Virus record (IMG/VR): IMGVR_UViG_3300046000_008568
Location: 94,501-158,500 of that record
DNA length: 64,000 nucleotides
Direction: 5' to 3' (one strand)
From: a virus
Lineage: Duplodnaviria > Heunggongvirae > Uroviricota > Caudoviricetes
Below are positions 36,701 to 43,666 of the stretch, in pieces. Positions within the stretch are counted from its first letter, which is position 1, and the number at the start of each line of letters is the position of its first letter. Made by a program: the position numbers and the translations under genes. The notes beneath the pieces are model-generated. The model saw only the letters and a program-made list of their open reading frames with translations, was not told where the DNA came from and did not search any database.

Positions 36701-36716
36701 ATTAAATTTAAAGGTT

Positions 36717-37040
36717 ATGACACGTAATGAAATCATTGCAACAGTAAAAGAAATGGGTATCAAAACGCAACGCCCAGCACATCAAATGAAAACAGAAGCT
36801 CTTCAAGCGCTGTTAGACGCCCACACAAGCGAGACAAAAGCTCGTGGACGTAAAATTAATTTGGGTAGCGCCCGCCAAGCCAGATTAGCTGCCAGAGCGG
36901 CTCTTGAGCTAGAGGGACCAGTCCAAAAAGGCCGACGCGTCAATACAGCTAGTGCTCGTCAACAACGATTAGCTGCTTTTGAGGCACGCAAGGCGAATGG
37001 TGAGACCATCAAGCGAGGAAGACCGGCTCTGGCAATGTAA
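36717..37040 (+). CDS. basic protein with SAP/Rho_N-like N-terminus and internal repeats
   Basis: 107 aa; two copies of (K/R)GR(K/R)xNxxSARQxRLAAxxA; higher GC than its neighbours. Confidence 0.45.
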   Translation: MTRNEIIATVKEMGIKTQRPAHQMKTEALQALLDAHTSETKARGRKINLGSARQARLAARAALELEGPVQKGRRVNTASARQQRLAAFEARKANGETIKRGRPALAM

Positions 37041-37068
37041 AAGCCACTCAAACGCACTCATGAGGATT

Positions 37069-37097
37069 GACCCGACAGAAATGTTGGGTCTTTTTTT
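37069..37097 (+). terminator. rho-independent terminator
   Basis: GACCC-(12 nt)-GGGTC followed by TTTTTTTG. Confidence 0.5.
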
Positions 37098-37263
37098 GTC
37101 GTACATAATATTTTTGTTCGTAATTGTTCATAAGCAATTTTTGTTTTACTAGGATATATCAGAAATTTTTCGTACCTTTACCCCAATTTAAAGAAGAAAA
37201 AAACAACACAATAAAACAAAGCGAAAATGAATTGAGAAAAACTTGGTTGCCGGGTAAAAAGAT

Positions 37264-37290
37264 ATTAATTTTATGCCTGAGTTAAAAACA
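37264..37290 (+). promoter_or_regulatory. early promoter cassette variant
   Basis: ATTAATTTTATGCCTGAGTTAAAAACA + AAGGTTATG. Confidence 0.4.
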
Positions 37291-37321
37291 ACAATTAAAA
37301 ATTAAATTAAAAATTAAGGTT

Positions 37322-37636
37322 ATGAAAAAACAAGACGTATTAAACCGTGTATTGAATTCTGAGAGTTCTATTTTTAGCAAAGACGACGTCGTTCGTTTAA
37401 TTGAGTCTCTAGACGATGTGACAAACGTTACGGTAACAGAAATCGGAGCAGCAATTGATAGAATAATAGATACTCTTGCCCGCATGGGAGATGATTTGTT
37501 AGATCTGAGCACGGCTGAGTTTGATTTGAATGGAAACGAGATTCAATTAATCAATGTAGATGTAGATTTAGATTGCATCAGGGAACAAATGGAAGATAAG
37601 TTGATGCCGTTGGGTGAGGTTGATCAGAATAATTAA
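37322..37636 (+). CDS. acidic hypothetical protein
   Basis: 104 aa. Confidence 0.4.
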   Translation: MKKQDVLNRVLNSESSIFSKDDVVRLIESLDDVTNVTVTEIGAAIDRIIDTLARMGDDLLDLSTAEFDLNGNEIQLINVDVDLDCIREQMEDKLMPLGEVDQNN

Positions 37637-37639
37637 TTA

Positions 37640-37664
37640 AAGCGCTTCGGCGCTTTTTTTTTAT
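37640..37664 (+). terminator. rho-independent terminator (AGCGCTTCGGCGCT family)
   Basis: AGCGC-TTCG-GCGCT tetraloop hairpin followed by T10. Confidence 0.65.
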
Positions 37665-37690
37665 CTATGTTTGGTTTATAGAAATACAAT

Positions 37691-37717
37691 TCGTAATTTT
37701 ATAGCAGAGTTAAAAAC
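37691..37717 (+). promoter_or_regulatory. conserved early promoter cassette, copy 5
   Basis: TCGTAATTTTATAGCAGAGTTAAAAAC. Confidence 0.5.
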
Positions 37718-37743
37718 AATAATAACAATTAAAAAATTAAATC

Positions 37744-38016
37744 ATGAAGGGATTAGAAGACATTTTAAACAAAGTACACCAGAGAGCAGGCTTATTAGCA
37801 GTTATAACTGGTGTTTTACAGACGTCTAGCTGTGAGGCAACTAAAAAATCAATCGCAAGCACTTTAAAGCACATTTTTGATGAGTACTCAGTGAATGATG
37901 ACATTGAAAGAATGACTAAACGTGCTATGAATGAAGTGCTGGAACAGAAAGAAGACAGTGCTGAGGACCAGTTAAAATTAATGATTAATATGATGAGAGA
38001 AGCTTTAAAAGATTAA
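37744..38016 (+). CDS. hypothetical protein
   Basis: 90 aa. Confidence 0.4.
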   Translation: MKGLEDILNKVHQRAGLLAVITGVLQTSSCEATKKSIASTLKHIFDEYSVNDDIERMTKRAMNEVLEQKEDSAEDQLKLMINMMREALKD

Positions 38017-38020
38017 GGTT

Positions 38021-38194
38021 ATGAAAAACGAAATTAAAAATTTAGCTGATGATCTAGAATTAGGAGACGATACTATCGAAAGAGATGCGTTTATTAGAGA
38101 ATTTGAAGAAGCTGTAGATTTAATGAGAGAAGACGATTGGGATCAGTTTTATGCTTTCGCCGACATTATAATGCAGAAATATTAATTAAAGCGC
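38021..38194 (+). CDS. small acidic protein (57 aa), not in track
   Basis: AAGGTTATG leader; followed by a terminator. Confidence 0.3.
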
Positions 38195-38197
38195 TTC

Positions 38198-38220
38198 GGC
38201 GCTTTTTTTTGTTTACACGA
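38198..38220 (+). terminator. rho-independent terminator (AGCGCTTCGGCGCT family)
   Basis: Identical hairpin followed by T8G. Confidence 0.65.
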
Positions 38221-38227
38221 GATATGA

Positions 38228-38256
38228 TTCGTATCTTTATATCATAGTAATTTAAA
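38228..38256 (+). promoter_or_regulatory. conserved early promoter cassette, copy 6
   Basis: TTCGTATCTTTATATCATAGTAATTTAAAA + AAGGTCATG. Confidence 0.45.
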
Positions 38257-38267
38257 AAATTAAGGTC

Positions 38268-38462
38268 ATGAAAGAAACAGTTAGAGATGTTATTGATTAT
38301 TTTGATAAGGAATATCCTTACGTTGATTTAGGAATGTTATCTGAAAATTCTATAAGTGGGTTTTTGGTACAAGATTATATAGTAAATTTATCGTTTGAAC
38401 GAAAGATGGATTGTTTGTATGATTACATTCTCTCACAAGATTTGTGTGGTGTAGAAGAATAA
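38268..38462 (+). CDS. hypothetical protein
   Basis: 64 aa. Confidence 0.35.
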   Translation: MKETVRDVIDYFDKEYPYVDLGMLSENSISGFLVQDYIVNLSFERKMDCLYDYILSQDLCGVEE

Positions 38463-38465
38463 ATA

Positions 38466-38516
38466 AAGCGCTTAGGCGCTTTTTTTGTCCCAACGTGTTT
38501 GGGACATTTTTTTGTC
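38466..38516 (+). terminator. tandem pair of rho-independent terminators
   Basis: AGCGCTTAGGCGCT+T7 followed immediately by GTCCCAACGTGTTTGGGAC+T7. Confidence 0.6.
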
Positions 38517-38540
38517 GTACATTTATAGCCTAATTTAAAA
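38515..38540 (+). promoter_or_regulatory. conserved early promoter cassette, copy 7
   Basis: TCGTACATTTATAGCCTAATTTAAAA. Confidence 0.45.
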
Positions 38541-38549
38541 TTGAATAAA

Positions 38550-39110
38550 ATGAAAACATTAGTTATACACCCTAAAGACAAATCAACTGATTTCCTCAAG
38601 CCAATCTACGCCGGCCTAGATGAGGTCACTCTAGTGACTGGGGGCCTGAACCAAGAAGATATACTTCAGGCAATCCAGACGCACGATCAAGTGATGATGA
38701 TGGGGCATGGGAGTCCAAGCGGGTTGTTTGCCGTGGGGCAATTTCCATTCGCCCGGCCCTATTCGGGCTATGTGATCGGGGCTGATCTAGTTGAGGCGCT
38801 GAGCCAGAAGGACAACAACATTTTTATCTGGTGTAACGCAGACCAGTTTGTCAACCGACATGAGCTCAAGGGCTTCTATAGCGGGATGTTTGTCTCTGAG
38901 ACCGGCGAGGCTTTTTATTGCGGCGTCAAGACATTTGATCAGGTGTCCGTAACCGAATCGAATGACACGTTCGCCCGCCTGCTCGGGGAGTGTCTTCAGG
39001 CCACGCGCGCGCCAGAAGAGATCCACAGCCAGATAAAAGAACAGTATGGCTCTCTAGCCGGCACTAACCTTATAGCGGCATATAATCATCAACGTCTTTA
39101 TTTGAATTAA
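38550..39110 (+). CDS. GC-rich (about 50%) horizontally acquired gene of unknown function
   Basis: 186 aa from the ATG at 38550 (the track start at 38541 is TTG); uses GGG/GCC/CGC codons rare elsewhere in the window; flanked by cassette promoter 7 and a normal terminator. Confidence 0.5.
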   Translation: MKTLVIHPKDKSTDFLKPIYAGLDEVTLVTGGLNQEDILQAIQTHDQVMMMGHGSPSGLFAVGQFPFARPYSGYVIGADLVEALSQKDNNIFIWCNADQFVNRHELKGFYSGMFVSETGEAFYCGVKTFDQVSVTESNDTFARLLGECLQATRAPEEIHSQIKEQYGSLAGTNLIAAYNHQRLYLN

Positions 39111-39141
39111 TTTATGTTTTGTTTTGTTGTGTTATAATTTA

Positions 39142-39170
39142 TTCGTATCTTTATAACAGAGTTAATAACA
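39142..39170 (+). promoter_or_regulatory. conserved early promoter cassette, copy 8
   Basis: TTCGTATCTTTATAACAGAGTTAATAACA + AAAGTTATG. Confidence 0.45.
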
Positions 39171-39189
39171 ACAATTAAAAATTAAAGTT

Positions 39190-39429
39190 ATGTTAAAATT
39201 TAAAGAAAATGTTTATGGTTTTGTTTATGATTCAAGTATTGGTAGTGTAAAGAAAATTTACAATAGACAATTAACTGAAGATGAAATAGAATTAATAAAT
39301 GAAGTAATTAGTGAAGATGATGTTTTACTTACAAACATTGAAGATGTAAGAGAATTATTTGAAATAACATCTAAAGAACATTTAACAAGTGATGAAGAAG
39401 GTTTAAATGAAGTATTTGATTTTGTTTAA
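39190..39429 (+). CDS. acidic hypothetical protein
   Basis: 79 aa. Confidence 0.4.
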   Translation: MLKFKENVYGFVYDSSIGSVKKIYNRQLTEDEIELINEVISEDDVLLTNIEDVRELFEITSKEHLTSDEEGLNEVFDFV

Positions 39430-39438
39430 TTAAAATTT

Positions 39439-39465
39439 AAAGACTCTTAATTGAGTCTTTTTTTG
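39439..39465 (+). terminator. rho-independent terminator (AGACTCTTAATTGAGTCT family)
   Basis: AGACTC-TTAATT-GAGTCT followed by T7G. Confidence 0.6.
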
Positions 39466-39491
39466 TCTCTATTTGGTTTATAGAAATACAA

Positions 39492-39520
39492 TTCGTATCT
39501 TTATATAAGAGTTAAAAACA
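39492..39520 (+). promoter_or_regulatory. conserved early promoter cassette, copy 9
   Basis: TTCGTATCTTTATATAAGAGTTAAAAACA. Confidence 0.45.
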
Positions 39521-39547
39521 TAATAATAACAATTAAAAAATTAAATT

Positions 39548-39850
39548 ATGAATGAAGATCAAAACCCAGAAACAGACGAGAACGTATTAGAAGATTGTTT
39601 GTTTCATTTAACAGTAAAAGACGGTGTAACGTCTCTTAAAGTAGAAGGTACATTAGGAGGTATATCAGAAGCATTTGCTAATGCCGCCTTACAGAGCCCT
39701 CAACTAGATGAGGTACTTAAAATGGTTACTTATATGTTGTTTGAACATCATATGGAAAATAAAGACGAGCCAAATGATAATGAAGATGATGTACCAGCTG
39801 AAGCAACAGAAATGTTAAAGAAACTGTTTGGTCAAATGGGTGAAGCTTAA
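39548..39850 (+). CDS. acidic hypothetical protein
   Basis: 100 aa. Confidence 0.4.
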   Translation: MNEDQNPETDENVLEDCLFHLTVKDGVTSLKVEGTLGGISEAFANAALQSPQLDEVLKMVTYMLFEHHMENKDEPNDNEDDVPAEATEMLKKLFGQMGEA

Positions 39851-39881
39851 TTAAAGTAGATTTGGTGGGGCGAAAGCCTCA

Positions 39882-39907
39882 CCGTATCTTTATATCAAAG
39901 TTAAACA
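39882..39907 (+). promoter_or_regulatory. conserved early promoter cassette, copy 10
   Basis: CCGTATCTTTATATCAAAGTTAAACA preceded by a GTGGGGCGAAAGCCTCAC hairpin. Confidence 0.4.
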
Positions 39908-39920
39908 ACAAATAAAAGTT

Positions 39921-40133
39921 ATGAAAGCAAAAATTAAAATCAAAAACGGTTATTGGACGTACAATGGAGTTCCTGTTAAGAACTGTTCATTTCCAATTCA
40001 AACATTAGTTGCCTCGTTTATTAAAACACAAGTGTTCAATAATGAGGTTAAAGCAGTGCAGGTGTCTAGACCGACTGAGATAAATTTAGGTCAGGTTTTT
40101 TGTTCCACACCAGTTTTTATACCAGTACAATAA
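39921..40133 (+). CDS. hypothetical protein
   Basis: 70 aa. Confidence 0.35.
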   Translation: MKAKIKIKNGYWTYNGVPVKNCSFPIQTLVASFIKTQVFNNEVKAVQVSRPTEINLGQVFCSTPVFIPVQ

Positions 40134-40525
40134 TGTCAACGAGATCATACATTGGGACTCTTAAAGAGGATAAACAGGTGTTTTTTGTGTACTGTCATTT
40201 CGACGGTTACCCTACAGGTGTAGGTAGAATATTAAGAGAGTATTATGACAGACCTGAGCGTGTAATTAAATTGCTTTCTTTTGGTAACATAAGTTCATTA
40301 GCTACCTTAATTGATGATACTGTCTTTTACGGGCGTGACAGAAATGAGCCAAACCAAGAACAACAACAAACAACCATTTATGAATACCTCCCAAGTGCGG
40401 GATCAGAAGATTCTGGAGTGGATTACAAATACTTGTTTGATGAATATAGTGAAGAGTGGTCTTGTTACAACATGCGAGGCGACCTAATTGAAATACCTAC
40501 TGATGATCTAGACATAATCAGGTAG
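40133..40525 (+). CDS. hypothetical protein
   Basis: ATG at 40133 (TAATG overlap), 130 aa. Confidence 0.4.
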   Translation: MSTRSYIGTLKEDKQVFFVYCHFDGYPTGVGRILREYYDRPERVIKLLSFGNISSLATLIDDTVFYGRDRNEPNQEQQQTTIYEYLPSAGSEDSGVDYKYLFDEYSEEWSCYNMRGDLIEIPTDDLDIIR

Positions 40526-40596
40526 TTATGCTTTAATTTTTTAATGTTGTTTTGAGACGGCTCATCAGAAATGGTGAGCCGCCTCTATTTATAGCC

Positions 40597-40803
40597 ATGA
40601 AGTACAAGACATTTATTACATTTTTGATCGTCTGGATCGCTGAGAATCTGGCGGTGCCATTTTGGGTGGTAGGGCATGTCCATCTTACAATGAACATTTA
40701 TAAGGACATTCATGAGGTGATTGCCTCATTTGGGATGAACATTATAGTGCTTATAGGGATATGGCTTGGGTGGAAAAAAAATTTAAAAGAAAATGAAAAA
40801 TAA
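40597..40803 (+). CDS. small membrane protein
   Basis: ATG at 40597 (MKYKTFITFLIVWIAENL...), 2 TM helices. Confidence 0.35.
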   Translation: MKYKTFITFLIVWIAENLAVPFWVVGHVHLTMNIYKDIHEVIASFGMNIIVLIGIWLGWKKNLKENEK

Positions 40804-40833
40804 TTATAATAATGTTTGGTTATATTATGTTTA

Positions 40834-40863
40834 GTTTATATCTTTATATAAGAGTTAAAAACA
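40834..40863 (+). promoter_or_regulatory. conserved early promoter cassette, copy 11
   Basis: GTTTATATCTTTATATAAGAGTTAAAAACA + AAGGTTATG. Confidence 0.45.
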
Positions 40864-40890
40864 ACAATTAATAATTAAAAAATTAAGGTT

Positions 40891-41196
40891 ATGGAAATTA
40901 AATTAATGAATTTTACAGACAATTTAAACGATGTTAATAAATTTAACAGTAAAAAGTTTAATTGTGAAATTGACGATGCAGTAAATAATGTTTACTGTTG
41001 TGAGTTACAATTAAAAGATTGTGATGGTAGCTGTTTAGAGAGTATATTAGCTGATATAGTTTATAGTGAGTTAAGTTGTATAGTTGTTATAAATAATAAT
41101 GATCATTATACTGTAAATAATGATAATGATCGTGATAATGTTTATAATGAAATTAAATTAAAATATAATTTAACTGATTTGGAAATTTGGAGTTAA
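40891..41196 (+). CDS. Asn/Asp-rich hypothetical protein
   Basis: 101 aa, very C-poor coding sequence. Confidence 0.4.
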   Translation: MEIKLMNFTDNLNDVNKFNSKKFNCEIDDAVNNVYCCELQLKDCDGSCLESILADIVYSELSCIVVINNNDHYTVNNDNDRDNVYNEIKLKYNLTDLEIWS

Positions 41197-41210
41197 AAAT
41201 AATAAAAATT

Positions 41211-41236
41211 AAAGACTCTTAATTGAGTCTTTTTTA
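41211..41236 (+). terminator. rho-independent terminator (AGACTCTTAATTGAGTCT family)
   Basis: Same hairpin followed by a T-run. Confidence 0.6.
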
Positions 41237-41325
41237 ATCTATATTAACCCAAAGCTATATTTAGTTATTTAGAATGAATATAAATGGTAAAATAATTGTA
41301 AATATATTTTGTTATGTTGTGTTTT

Positions 41326-41352
41326 ATTATTATCTTTATAGTGTTAAAATAA
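41326..41352 (+). promoter_or_regulatory. early promoter cassette, C-depleted variant (copy 12)
   Basis: TTATTATCTTTATAGTGTTAAAATAA + AAGGTTATG. Confidence 0.4.
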
Positions 41353-41376
41353 ATAATTAATTAAAAAATTAAGGTT

Positions 41377-41616
41377 ATGAAAAAATTAAGTTTTGGGTTT
41401 TGCTTTTATGGTAGTAAAAAAGGTTTAAAAGATTGTGAGAAATGTGAGAATGTTTTATTAGAAAATAATATTGAATTTGAAAGAAATGATAGAATGTATA
41501 ATTTTAAAAGTTTCTTTAAAAGTAAAGATTTATTAAATGATAAAATTAATAATGTTAGAAATTTAATGTTAGAAAATGATATAATAAAATATGTTATTTT
41601 TGAGGGTGAGAAATAA
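41377..41616 (+). CDS. hypothetical protein lacking Ala/Thr/Pro/His/Gln
   Basis: 79 aa; only 2-3 cytosines in the gene. Confidence 0.4.
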   Translation: MKKLSFGFCFYGSKKGLKDCEKCENVLLENNIEFERNDRMYNFKSFFKSKDLLNDKINNVRNLMLENDIIKYVIFEGEK

Positions 41617-41652
41617 ATAAATTAAAATAAGGTTGGAGGTGTAAGCCTCCTT

Positions 41653-41680
41653 CCTTAATTTTATATCAGAGTTTAAAACA
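41653..41680 (+). promoter_or_regulatory. conserved early promoter cassette, copy 13
   Basis: CCTTAATTTTATATCAGAGTTTAAAACA preceded by a GGAGG-TGTAA-GCCTCC hairpin. Confidence 0.4.
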
Positions 41681-41705
41681 ACAATTAATAATTAAAATTA
41701 AAGTT

Positions 41706-41906
41706 ATGAAAAATTATTTAGTAATTAGTATTGAAGACGTAAATGACACTTTTGAAGTTAATGATTTAGATGAATTAATTAAAGATATGTACTCACAAGA
41801 ATTATTTGATGGTTCATTTGAAACAGTTAAAAAGTGGTTTTTTAATAATTACAATGTTTATGAAAGTGAAAGTGAAATTAAATTATTAAAATTAGAAGAC
41901 TCTTAA
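41706..41906 (+). CDS. acidic hypothetical protein
   Basis: 66 aa. Confidence 0.4.
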   Translation: MKNYLVISIEDVNDTFEVNDLDELIKDMYSQELFDGSFETVKKWFFNNYNVYESESEIKLLKLEDS

Positions 41907-41920
41907 TTGAGTCTTTTTTT
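41896..41920 (+). terminator. rho-independent terminator (AGACTCTTAATTGAGTCT family)
   Basis: Same hairpin followed by T7G. Confidence 0.6.
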
Positions 41921-41974
41921 GTCTAATAATATATTAAAAATATTTTGTGATTTGTTTGTTTATATGGAATTAAT

Positions 41975-42000
41975 ATGTTAATTTTATAGTGTTAAAATAA
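41975..42000 (+). promoter_or_regulatory. early promoter cassette, C-free variant (copy 14)
   Basis: ATGTTAATTTTATAGTGTTAAAATAA. Confidence 0.4.
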
Positions 42001-42027
42001 TTAAATAATAATTAAAAAATTAGTGTT

Positions 42028-42444
42028 ATGGAAAAGTATTTAGGTAAAATGTTAGGTAAAGAAGTTAAGTTAGAATTAGAGAATGTTTATGAGAAGTATT
42101 GTTGGAATGATTTAGGTGTTGGGGATGATAGTAGAATGGATAGAGATGAGTGGAGTAAAATGTTGGAGAAGTTTGTTGATTTTAGATTATATGTTAGTGG
42201 GGGAAGGTATGGTTGTAGTATGGGAAGTGTTGGTTGTGAGAGTGTAAGTGGGTTTTTAAATGAGATATTTTTATTTGATAATATGATGTGTGATTGGGGT
42301 GGGTGTTATAGAGGTGATTTTAGTTATGAGTGTTTAGATGGGTTAATTGAATTATTAAATGAAAGTAGTTTAAGTGATGATATTAAGGAGATGATAATTG
42401 ATGGGTATAAAGAAGAGAATGGATTAAATGATGATGAAGAATAA
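42028..42444 (+). CDS. hypothetical protein encoded without any C-containing codon
   Basis: 138 aa with no Ala, Thr, Pro, His or Gln; Gly/Asp/Glu/Cys-rich. Confidence 0.45.
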   Translation: MEKYLGKMLGKEVKLELENVYEKYCWNDLGVGDDSRMDRDEWSKMLEKFVDFRLYVSGGRYGCSMGSVGCESVSGFLNEIFLFDNMMCDWGGCYRGDFSYECLDGLIELLNESSLSDDIKEMIIDGYKEENGLNDDEE

Positions 42445-42520
42445 AAATAAATAATGTAAGTATAAATGATGAAATAGTTTGAAAATAATTTATATTTAGT
42501 TAGGTTATGTTGAATTAAAG

Positions 42521-42547
42521 TTGTAATTTTATAGTGTTAAAAAATAA
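42521..42547 (+). promoter_or_regulatory. early promoter cassette, C-free variant (copy 15)
   Basis: TTGTAATTTTATAGTGTTAAAAAATAA. Confidence 0.4.
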
Positions 42548-42572
42548 TATTAATAATTAAAAATTAGAAAAA

Positions 42573-42824
42573 ATGGAAGAAATTTTAATTGATTTATTTG
42601 GTTGTGGAAATGATAATGAGTATGAAAGTGGAGAAAGAGTTGAATGTTTATTTGAAGATGAGGAGTATAATGATAGAGAAAATTATGATGATGAGTTTGT
42701 AGATGATTGGATTGAGTTAAAGAATAGGTTAAAAAATGGAATGATTGTAAATAAAGAATTTAATGGTGATATTAATTTTGAATTAGTAGGTGAAGATATA
42801 TTAATGTGGTTTATAGAAGAATAA
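42573..42824 (+). CDS. acidic hypothetical protein encoded without any C-containing codon
   Basis: 83 aa with no Ala/Thr/Pro/His/Gln. Confidence 0.45.
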   Translation: MEEILIDLFGCGNDNEYESGERVECLFEDEEYNDRENYDDEFVDDWIELKNRLKNGMIVNKEFNGDINFELVGEDILMWFIEE

Positions 42825-42895
42825 TTTAGTATAAGTATAAATGATGAAATAGTTTGAAAATAATTTATATTTAGTTTGGTTTATAGATTTATAGT

Positions 42896-42924
42896 TTGTA
42901 ATTTTATATCTGAGTTTAAAACAA
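42896..42924 (+). promoter_or_regulatory. conserved early promoter cassette, copy 16
   Basis: TTTGTAATTTTATATCTGAGTTTAAAACA. Confidence 0.45.
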
Positions 42925-42951
42925 CAATTAACAATTAAAACAATTAAAATT

Positions 42952-43122
42952 ATGTCTACATTAAAATTTAGTGACGGAGAAGAATTCGATTTAACAGGCG
43001 AATTAAGAACAGAAGAACGATACGACGGATGGTATGTGTTAGGAGAAAACCAAATGATACCTGTATGCGATGAAGAAGATGCATTACGTACGATTGATAA
43101 ATTAAACATGCTAAAGCAATAA
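42952..43122 (+). CDS. small acidic protein (56 aa), not in track
   Basis: ATG 42952 behind cassette 16; TAA 43120. Confidence 0.3.
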   Translation: MSTLKFSDGEEFDLTGELRTEERYDGWYVLGENQMIPVCDEEDALRTIDKLNMLKQ

Positions 43123-43149
43123 CGCTATGAAAAGACAAGACATAAATGC

Positions 43150-43560
43150 AGGAATATTCATTATCATATGGATATCAGCAATAGTAACAGCTATAGCGTT
43201 CACTTAATAGGATACGCGCGTACACTAAACAACAACACACAACACGATAGAGGCGGCCAAATGGTCGCCTTCGTTAATCTAGCGCGCGCGCGCATGCCTG
43301 AAATAAAAGAGACACGGGAGCCGGGCCTGCGACAAAAAAGATCGCCGGATCTGGGGCTCTGGAGGGAGGAAGGTCTTTTCTGATCCGCTAGCGCTGCGCG
43401 CGCGCTGCGACGGCGAAATGGCCCCACGGTAATTGCGGTCCATCGACGCTGCGCTACAAAAATGTGAGAAGGCCCCGTCCCTACAGATAAACGACAAAAA
43501 CCCGCCCGCGCATTTCATATATACAAATATACCATAAAAATCATTATAACCCCTTTAGCC
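43150..43560. other. GC-rich (about 60%) non-coding island with alternating (GC)n tracts
   Basis: CTAGCGCGCGCGCGCATG at about 43277 and CTAGCGCTGCGCGCGCGCTGCG at about 43388; the track ORFs here overlap one another on both strands. Confidence 0.6.
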
Positions 43561-43666
43561 ACAAAATCCGAGGGGGTGAACTCCTTCTCTCTACAAAATT
43601 TCTTTCAAAGCCGAAACGTATATACGAGAGTGTGGATTATAAAAAGACTATTCGTATATTTAGAGC

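Larger units (their letters stand above)
41924..42909 (+). other. 986-bp segment with no cytosine on the + strand (no guanine on the - strand)
   Basis: Inspected base by base: last C at 41923, next C at 42910; spans two promoter cassettes and two complete ORFs. Confidence 0.9.

Noticed and set aside
35910-36702. Track ORFs 35910-36251 (-), 36152-36349 (+) and 36472-36702 (-)
   Set aside because: Everything else in the window is on the + strand. These lie in the T-tract non-coding region and have implausible composition.
28833-42924. The regularly spaced conserved 26-28 nt boxes could be mistaken for a CRISPR array
   Set aside because: The copies are not identical, the spacings are 300-1100 bp, and the intervening segments are protein-coding with terminators. 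This is a promoter family, not repeat-spacer architecture.
43168-43518. Three mutually overlapping ORFs on both strands in the GC-rich island
   Set aside because: The high GC suppresses stop codons, the proteins are low-complexity Arg/Ala/Ser-rich, and the ORFs overlap each other with no cassette signals.
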